Below, piece after piece: positions 11,331 to 18,108 of a stretch of DNA of 18,108 nt (position 1 is its first letter; every line of letters starts with the position of its first letter). The DNA comes from Octopus sinensis (taxonomy: Eukaryota): NCBI RefSeq assembly GCF_006345805.1, contig NW_021824564.1, positions 1 to 18,108 on the forward strand. The letters are read 5' to 3'. A program made the position numbers and the translations under genes. The notes under the pieces were generated by a model that worked only from the letters and a program-made list of their open reading frames with translations, did not search any database and was not told the origin of the DNA.

Positions 11331-11707
11331 ATATATCCGTCCCCACTCCACCACACTGCGCAACCTGACGACAGAAGAGAGGATGAGAAGAAAAAAGACA
11401 CAGCTACAAAGAGCATAATAAATAAAACAATATACACACAAGACAAACATAAACATACTAAAGACAGAATAAAAAGAAAAGAAAACAAATAAATACATAA
11501 AAGACACGGATACAAACAGGGTAGTGAGCACACCCACATACACACACACACACACACACAAAACATACTCAATACATAGACAGGCGCGCGCGCGCACACA
11601 TACACACAAACACAAATGCAGACGCAAACGCATGCGCAGATAAGGATACATACCGCAGAAATACAACATAAAACAAGCAGTACAAAAGGAGACACATGGG
11701 ATAAAGA

Positions 11708-11750
11708 GTCACTGAAGAGGTCGCAGGATGTGTGACGAAAAGGCTTTGAC
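11708..11750 (+). ncRNA. Minimal type I hammerhead-ribozyme-like motif
   Basis: GTCA-CTGAAGA-G-GTCGCA-GGATG-TGTGAC-GAAA-AGGC-T-T-TGAC: helix I GTCA/TGAC, canonical CUGANGA core, 6-bp helix II, GAAA, vestigial helix III. It lies downstream of, and on the same strand as, the GIY-YIG remnants. Confidence 0.6.
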
Positions 11751-12537
11751 AAAGAAACTAAAATAATGGTAATAATAAAGATGAAATGAAGACCAAATAC
11801 ATAGTGTGTGTGTTTAATTGGCAGAGCCTAACCATCCCAAAGTATATCAATATACATATGTATATATATATATTTAAAATTAAGGATAAAACTTTTATAA
11901 GAAATTATCAGTAGTTAGCGTGAAAAACCTCGTAAGAGAAAAAATCCGTAAATTTTTCCACTTTGAAAATATTTATTTATATTATATAGAGGGCACTACT
12001 ATTCATAGATACCGCACGCTAGGAGGGACCCTTGCGGTCAAAACTACTAAAATAAACAAAATTGTACCGAATGCAAAACTTCAAAGCAAGTCACTTAAAA
12101 AAAGAATTTAGTTACATATCACTTGTGATTTCGCAATTAATGCAGAATATGCATTCTATACTCATCAGTGCAACAAACTCAAGACATATAAGAAAAAACA
12201 TAACATTACAAACCCGACAGCCAACCGTAGAATTCGTCGTAGCATGTACGAATGTATATCTTTATATATTCACAGACATAGATTATATGTGTGTGTGTGT
12301 GAGTGAGTGTATATCTTCGTATGTGTGTATGAGTGAATATATGTGTGTGTGTATGCATGTATGTATATACATGCTTATATGAGTGCATGTGCGCGCGCGC
12401 GTGGAAAAAAACCCCGCTTACTGGAGCGACCCATTAATATAGAATGCTGAAATTGTACGAGTCACATAGTTTAGCGCAACATTTATGTAAAATAACCGCC
12501 GATTTACTTGTTTATTGGGCCCGAAACTTGTACCAGA

Positions 12538-12576
<39 letters not shown>

Positions 12577-12596
12577 TATAATATAAATTGAAAAAC

Positions 12597-12861
12597 CACC
12601 TTTAATCAATTCAAAATGAACAATTAAATTACACCATCTAGAAAATTACATATAATAGAAATATTAAAAATAAAACAACAATAATATTCCAATGATTAAG
12701 TAAATTGCAAAATAATGATACCAAATATATACGTTTTTATCATTATTTTGCAATTTACTTAATCATTGGAATATTATTGTTGTTTTATTTTTAATATTTC
12801 TATTATATGTAATTTTCTAGATGTTGTAATTTAATTGTTCATTTTGAATTGATTAAAGGTG
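12597..12861. repeat. Near-perfect palindrome: 124-bp arms (12597-12720 and 12738-12861), 17-nt spacer
   Basis: Arm-to-arm reverse-complement comparison by eye shows one mismatch (ACACCATC vs ACAACATC). Flanked by (TA)n. Confidence 0.95.
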
Positions 12862-13004
12862 TTTTTTCTAATTTATTATATATATATATATTATATTTTG
12901 TGAAATTTGATTTAGTATTTCTAAATTGAATTTTTCCCTGTAAGTTAGGAATAATATTCCCTCAAATAATTATTATATATCTCTTTTTCTTTTTTCTCTC
13001 TTTC

Positions 13005-13394
13005 TTGTTTCAGTCATTTGACTGCGGCCATGCTGGAGCACCACCTTTAGTCGAGCAAATCGACCCCGGGACTTATTCTTTGTAAGCCCAGTACTTATTC
13101 TATCGGTCTCTTTTGCCGAACCGCTAAGTGACGGGGACGTAAACACACCAGCATCGGTTGTCAAGCACTGCTAGGGGGACAAACACAGACATACAAACAC
13201 ACACACAGATATATATATATATACATATATACGACAGGCTTCTTTCAGTTTCCGTCTACCAAATCCACTCACAAGGCTCTGGTCGGCCCGAGGCTATAGC
13301 AGAAGACACTTGCCCGAGATGCCACGCAGTGGGACTGAACCCGGAACCATGTGGCTGGTTAGCAAGCTACTTACCACACAGCCACTCCTGCGCC
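13005..13394 (-). mobile_element. tRNA-derived SINE family 1, full length with internal CA/TA microsatellite
   Basis: Minus strand starts GGCGCAGGAGTGGCTGTGTGGT (A box), then GGTTCAGTCCC (B box), and ends in ..TGACTGAAACAAG plus an A/G-rich tail. Other copies at 14039-14925, 16944-17096 and 17576-17650. Confidence 0.92.
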
Positions 13395-14324
13395 TATATA
13401 TATATAATCGTTGCCAACTTTCACAAATACAATTGTGAAAGTCGTTGTTCTGGATCTGGATAATTAGATTATATCGAATCGATATTGTGGTACTGTCATA
13501 GCAAGCAGACCTCTCTTCTGGTACCTGGCTTCGTTGAATAGGCTGCATATTCAAATTTATCGTGCTCTATTTACCGTCCTACACAACACATTTTCTGGTT
13601 CGTGTCAAATTTAAGCTAAATATGATCTCTTCTTTTCTCCTTGCGTTGAGAGAACGTATTTCTTTCATTCCCGTCTACTACACACACACAGCCACGCAAA
13701 AAACAATTATGTATGAACATATATTTATATATATATTTCTATATGTGAGTGTATACATATTTATATATTATTCAGCAGAATTTCTTTCTATTATTTATTT
13801 ATTATTTTGTTACTATACTTAATTTGTTCATTCATTCGTTCTTGATTAATGAGCAAACTATTTCAAAAGATCTAATTGTTCCCGTGACACTACGGTTTTT
13901 ATTTCCCCCTCGTACACTCCAATGATAATTATCATTCCCAGTTAATCTTTATGAAGGGCAGACTTTGGGTGAAAAACGAAACGCTCTTCAGTCACTTTGT
14001 AACTTCTGCACATTAAAAGATAGAAAACAGCATATTTAGGCGCAGGCGTGGCTGTGCGGTAAGAAGCTTCCTTCTCAACAACACGGTTCCGGGTTCAGTC
14101 CCACTGCGTGGAACCTTGGGCAGAGTGTCTTCAGCTATAGCCTCGGGCCGACCAAAGCTTTTTTAGTGGATTTGGTAGACAGAAATGTGTATTCGTACGT
14201 ATGTGTGTGTGTGTTTGTATGTATATACATGTGCGTATGTATGTATATATATGTATATTTGCATGTGTATGTATGTGTGTTTGTATGTATATTTATTTTA
14301 TATGTTCTTTCATGTATATTTATC

Positions 14325-14705
14325 TACTTCTTCCCTCCACTTTACAATAACAAACTGACTAACTCCTCTTGACCACCAAAAAGCAATTGTCGTTTAATTT
14401 ACCTAAAACCCCATCCCATATATCTGATTCTATTCAATTATTCTATTTATTAATTTATTTACTTTCTCACTGATTCTTCTCATTTCAAAAAACTCCCTGG
14501 CCTTTTGACCACTCCCCTAAGAACAATAGCTTGTGCCCTGTTTATCTCCTAAATACCAACTTACCCAAAATACGTCCCACCACCACCCCATTAAATCTGC
14601 CTAAATGTATAAATACCAGACCTTATTTTGACAGCCAGCTTCCTGAAGATTTCATCTGAATGAAACAGTTCTAGTCCTGTAGAAGCTCCTTCTATAAAAT
14701 AAATA
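14325..14705 (+). mobile_element. Probable Penelope-like pseudo-LTR fragment (TATA-like, hammerhead, AATAAA)
   Basis: TATAAATA near 14608, hammerhead fold at 14637-14687, AATAAA near 14698. This arrangement is typical of PLE pLTRs. No coding remnant recognised. Confidence 0.5.
14637..14687 (+). ncRNA. Type I hammerhead-ribozyme-like motif, near complete
   Basis: AGCTTC-CTGAAGA-(T-TTC-ATCT-GAA-T)-GAA-ACAG-TTCTAGTC-CTGT-A-GAAGCT: helix I 6 bp, core CUGAAGA, weak helix II, GAAA, helix III ACAG/CTGT, GUA triplet (predicted cleavage after 14681). Confidence 0.72.
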
Positions 14706-15063
14706 TATATATATGTATGTTTGTGTGTCTGAGTTTGTTCCCCCACCATTACTTAACAACCGATGTCGGTGTGTTGTTTACGTCCCCGTAACTTAGCAGC
14801 TTGGCAAAAGGGACTGATAGTACAAGTACAAGGCTTACAAAGAATAGGTCCTGGAGTCGATTTGTTTGACTAAGAGGTAGTGCTCCAGCATGACCGCAGT
14901 CAAATTACTGAAACAAGTAAAATAAGAAAAACTATTTGTACCAAAAACACTCTATATATATGTATGATCATATATTTGAGATTTACAAAGAAGCAAAAGA
15001 CGAAAGCAGTTGTATGGAAAACAAGCAGGTGTAATTAGTTTGTCGCTCGGGAAGGTGAGAAAG

Positions 15064-15102
15064 TCCTTTACGTTTCGAGCCTACGCTCTTCAACAGAAAG
15101 GA
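15064..15102 (-). ncRNA. Variant-core minimal hammerhead-like motif, copy A
   Basis: Minus: TCCTTT-CTGTTGA-A-GAGC-GTAG-GCTC-GAAA-CG-T-AAAGGA. A6 is non-canonical and H17 appears missing in this copy. Confidence 0.4.
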
Positions 15103-15200
15103 ACACGATGAAATAAACACAGAGAGAATATTGATCGCTAAATCCACAAGTTTTTTATATCCTCTCTTTTTATTCACTCTCCATTAACTTCTTCATATTC

Positions 15201-15236
15201 CTTTCTGCTGAAGAGCGTATGCTCGAAACGTAAAAG
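15201..15236 (+). ncRNA. Variant-core minimal hammerhead-like motif, copy B
   Basis: CTTT-CTGCTGA-A-GAGC-GTAT-GCTC-GAAA-CG-T-A-AAAG. Confidence 0.45.
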
Positions 15237-15337
15237 ACTATCTCGCTTTCCGAAGTGTCAAAATAATACACCTGCTTGTTGTTTATACACCTGTCTTCGT
15301 TATTTGTTTATCTGTAAATTTCAACTATATATATTCG

Positions 15338-15538
15338 TGTTTGGCACAAAGTCAGTTATAGGGAAGGGCGATAGTCGGTTACATCGACCCCAGTGGTTAA
15401 CTGGTACCTATTAAAGCATCCTCAGAAGAAGGAAAGGCAACATTGACCACGGCGAAATTTTAACTCAGAATGTAATGACTCACAAAATGCCGCCGTGCAT
15501 TTTGTCCGGCATGCTAACGGTTCAGCCGTCTTGCCGCC
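15338..15538 (-). mobile_element. SINE family 2, diverged copy
   Basis: Aligns to 2168-2397 (ATCGACCCCAGT..AACTGGTAC, AACTCAGAA, GCTAACG, GCCGCC). Confidence 0.82.
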
Positions 15539-15600
15539 TTATGTGCGTGTACGTATATTTCACGTAGATATGTTTCAGAATGTATTTATTTTTATCAAAT

Positions 15601-16003
15601 ACTAGCAGTATCGCCCGGCGTTGCTCGGGTTTGTAAGGGAAATAACTATATAAGCATTTTTAGAGAGTTTTAGCCAAAAAATAGCAACAAAAATGCATTA
15701 AAAATGGAAAAAAAATTATGGTAAATTTTTTTTTAAATCGTTGACTCATGGTAGACATGTTTAGAGAGTTACTTCCCTTATATAATAGCGAAAAAATGCA
15801 TTCAAATGGAAAAATTTATGGTAAATTATTTTTAAAATCGTAGACTCATCGTAGACGCGCGCTAATACCCAGAAGGGCTCGATATGAATCACGACTATAA
15901 GACTATAACCGGTTTTGGTTAAACTGCACCGCAAAATGTGGAGGTAGTTAGGAATCTAAATCGTAGGAGACAGACACACAACTTCACTTTTATATATAAA
16001 GAT
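15601..16003 (+). mobile_element. Non-autonomous Helitron-type (HINE/DINE-1/Lep1-like) element
   Basis: Starts ACTAGCAG followed by hairpin CCCGGCGTTGCTCGGG, has an internal ~100-bp tandem duplication, and ends CACACAACTTCACTTTTATATATAAAGAT. These termini resemble HINE/Lep1-type elements. No TSD evident. Confidence 0.68.
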
Positions 16004-16050
16004 AATCCACCATTGGCCTCAGGGCGTCTTTTCCCGATTGCGTTTTTAAA

Positions 16051-16555
16051 CGTGTGTGTGTGCGCGCGCGTAGTATGTGTGTATTTGTGAGTATGCGTGT
16101 ATGTGTGAGTCTATATGAGAGTGTATGTGTGCGTATGTGTATGTATGTGTGTGTATGTGTGTATGTGTGTCAGGGTGTATGTTTGCGTATGTGAGTGTGT
16201 ATGTATGTGTATGTATGTGTGTGTCTATGTGTGTATGTGTGTGAGTGTGTATGTGTGTATATGTGTGTGTGTGAGTGTGTATGTGTGTATATGTGTGTGT
16301 GTGAGTGTGTATGTGTGTATATGTGTGTGTAGAACTGTGTGCTCAATGACAGATGTAGTCTAGTGTCATAAGCGAAATTAGAAATAGACTCAAAGTAAAA
16401 ATCGTATGTATGTGTGTACAAAGATATATGTGTATGCGTGTACGTGTATGTTTGTATATGTGTATGCATATATGTATATATGCATAAACGCATGTATGCA
16501 TGTGCGTGTGTTGGGGTGTGTGCCTGTGTGTATGTATGTGTTATGTGAAATCGTG
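16051..16555. repeat. (TG)n/(TATG)n low-complexity array
   Basis: Read directly from the sequence. Confidence 0.95.
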
Positions 16556-16570
16556 TGTTGAAACAGATAT

Positions 16571-16680
16571 TCTCTTCTACTCTAGGTACAAGGCCCGAAA
16601 TTTTGGGGGAGGGGGCCAGTCAATTGATCGACTCCGTACGCAACTGGTACTTAATTTATCGACCCCGAAAGAATGAAAGA
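16571..16680 (-). mobile_element. SINE family 2, 3' portion with an alternative tail
   Basis: GCAACTGGTACTTAATTTATCGACCCCGAAAGAATGAAAG matches 2256-2296. The tail (GGCCCGAAATTTTGGGGGAGGGGG) differs. Confidence 0.8.
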
Positions 16681-16943
16681 TGTGCTGAGACAGATATTGC
16701 TATATTTCGGAACGGTCATTTTCTTTTTTTTTTTCTTTTCTTTTTGCTCAATAAACGCCCGCCTCGTGTATTCGTTCTTGAAGGATGTGTGAAGAAAGCT
16801 TTCACAGAAAGGGACACTGAAATTAAAACCAATAACAAAACCGTTGTGAAGAACGAATATCTAGGGCGAGTGTTTATTTAGAAACACACACACATTGACT
16901 ATCACGAAACATATATACATATATGTATTGTATATATGTATAC

Positions 16944-17096
16944 ATATACGACGGGCTTCTTTCAGTTTCCATCTACCAAACACATTCGTAAAGCTTTGAT
17001 CGGTCTGAGGCGATAGCTATGGTGTTTCCAGTGGGACTGAACCCGGAAACATGTGGTTGGTTATCAAACATCTTACCATACAGCCACACCTGCGCC
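16944..17096 (-). mobile_element. SINE family 1, head fragment with internal deletion
   Basis: Matches 13228-13394 (CAGTGGGACTGAACCCGG, CAGCCAC.CCTGCGCC). Confidence 0.88.
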
Positions 17097-17119
17097 TCTA
17101 CGTAAAAAATGCATCGTGC

Positions 17120-17161
<42 letters not shown>

Positions 17162-17360
17162 TATACAGAAAGCACGTACAAACACAAACATATACGCAAA
17201 TACGGCACACGTAACGAGATGTGTAGGAGTGATTGGAGATATACATATATAATATATATTATAATATAATGTATATATATATATGTGTATATATCTATAT
17301 ATATATATATAATATATATATATATATGTAATATATATATATATATATATAATACATATT

Positions 17361-17792
17361 AGGGAATATATAATCCAAATTTACAGGGAAAAAATCATAT
17401 TTAGGATTAATCCAATTTTAAATAGTAAAATATTATATAATATTATTAGAGACAAAACCACTATTTTGCAAAACAAACAAGGAAGACTTAATCGATACAT
17501 AAAATTTTAATAAAAGTCAAAAAAACGCCCACTCAATGTTTTCTTGTCTTGATCGACAATCTTCAGGTGCACTTCCAATAAAGAATAAGTCCTGGGGTTG
17601 ATTTGCTCGACTAAAGGTGATGCTCCAGTATGGCCACAGTCACATGATTGTATTTGAAGAGAGTTATAAGACTCCTTTAAGAGATCAATTTCTGATAGAA
17701 ATTGTTTGGTAGCTGGTTGTTCATCGGCTGATATGTATTATGTATTGATTAAGTCTTTCCTTGTTTTTTGCAAATAGTGGTTTTGTCTCTAA

Positions 17793-17804
<12 letters not shown>
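17361..17804 (+). repeat. TA-associated head-plus-foldback repeat (head 17361-17433, arms 17434-17502 and 17738-17804)
   Basis: The arms are inverted copies (ATTATTAGAGACAAAACCACTATTT..). The head shares TTACAGGGAAAAA and flanks with the reverse complement of 12895-12962. Confidence 0.75.
17576..17650 (+). mobile_element. SINE family 1, 3' fragment
   Basis: AAAGAATAAGTCCTGGGGTTGATTTGCTCGACTAAAGGTGATGCTCCAG matches the reverse complement of 13030-13082. Confidence 0.8.
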
Positions 17805-17851
<47 letters not shown>

Positions 17852-17979
17852 TATATACGGAAGCTTTTATGAAAATAGCAACATACGAAGGCAGGTTTAC
17901 GAAATAAACAAAAGACGAAGGCAGGTGGAATACAAACAATTGTATTAGTATGGTTCTCAGGAAATATAAATAAAACAAG

Positions 17980-18017
17980 TCTTTAACGTTTCGAGCCTAC
18001 GCTCTTCAACAGAAAGA
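17980..18017 (-). ncRNA. Variant-core minimal hammerhead-like motif, copy C
   Basis: Minus: TCTTT-CTGTTGA-A-GAGC-GTAG-GCTC-GAAA-CG-T-T-AAAGA, with a 5-bp helix I and palindromic ACGT helix III. Confidence 0.48.
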
Positions 18018-18108
18018 TACACGAGAAAAAATACAGAAAGAAGGAGAAAAAAAAATACGCGTGCAGAGGCTAGCGAGTCAACATGGCGATCTGATTTCGG
18101 CCAGAAGT

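Larger units (their letters stand above)
14039..14925 (+). mobile_element. SINE family 1 copy split by an insertion: head 14039-14185, 3' half ~14720-14925
   Basis: Head and 3' half each align to the reverse complement of 13005-13394. About 380 nt of foreign sequence lies inside the internal microsatellite. Confidence 0.85.
14970..15332. repeat. Imperfect foldback element (arms ~14970-15108 and ~15190-15332), probably Penelope-derived
   Basis: Arms share ..AAGCAGGTGTA..TTTACGTTTCGAGC(C/A)TACGCTCTTCA(A/G)CAGAAAGGAA in inverted orientation. A third copy of the arm lies at ~17895-18030. Confidence 0.85.

Noticed and set aside
13310-13394. tRNA-like A and B boxes (also at 2330-2397, 14039-14110 and 17020-17096)
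   Set aside because: These are SINE heads without a full cloverleaf, not tRNA genes.
13417-13442. 10-bp hairpin ACTTTCACAA/TTGTGAAAGT
   Set aside because: An isolated short AT-rich stem with no context; plausible by chance in 18 kb.
13890-13995. Mariner-like end (CCCCCTCGTA) and a minus-strand CTGAAGA
   Set aside because: No recognisable transposase or partner TIR, and the CTGAAGA lacks a downstream helix II and GAAA, so it is not a hammerhead.
1-18108. CRISPR array, prokaryotic operon, rRNA or intact host gene
   Set aside because: No constant repeat with unique spacers, no rRNA-like sequence and no intact non-transposon reading frame were seen.

Overview
Eukaryotic, very AT-rich, microsatellite-saturated DNA with no supportable host gene. 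The SINE families, (TA)n/(CATA)n/(TAA)n load and repeat types look like an octopus (coleoid cephalopod) intron or intergenic region; this species call is an inference from memory of the repeats. Nearly all long ORFs in the track are microsatellite translations. Real content: two decayed mariner transposases (~1012-1665 +, ~7447-8185 - with one TIR); a stack of minus-strand retroelement pieces between (TAA)n tracts (R4/Dong-clade RT plus restriction-like endonuclease at ~4742-6995, fused to an endonuclease fragment of a second Dong-like family at ~6995-7205); two Penelope-like GIY-YIG remnants (~10635-11330); about nine copies or fragments of two tRNA-derived SINE families; a Helitron/HINE-like element (~15601-16003); and several foldback palindromes. 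The most interesting signal is a set of hammerhead-ribozyme-like folds: a near-complete type I fold (14637-14687), a minimal one downstream of a GIY-YIG remnant (11708-11750), and three copies of a variant-core minimal family (15064-15102, 15201-15236, 17980-18017). All domain and fold assignments were made by eye; no search or folding program was run.
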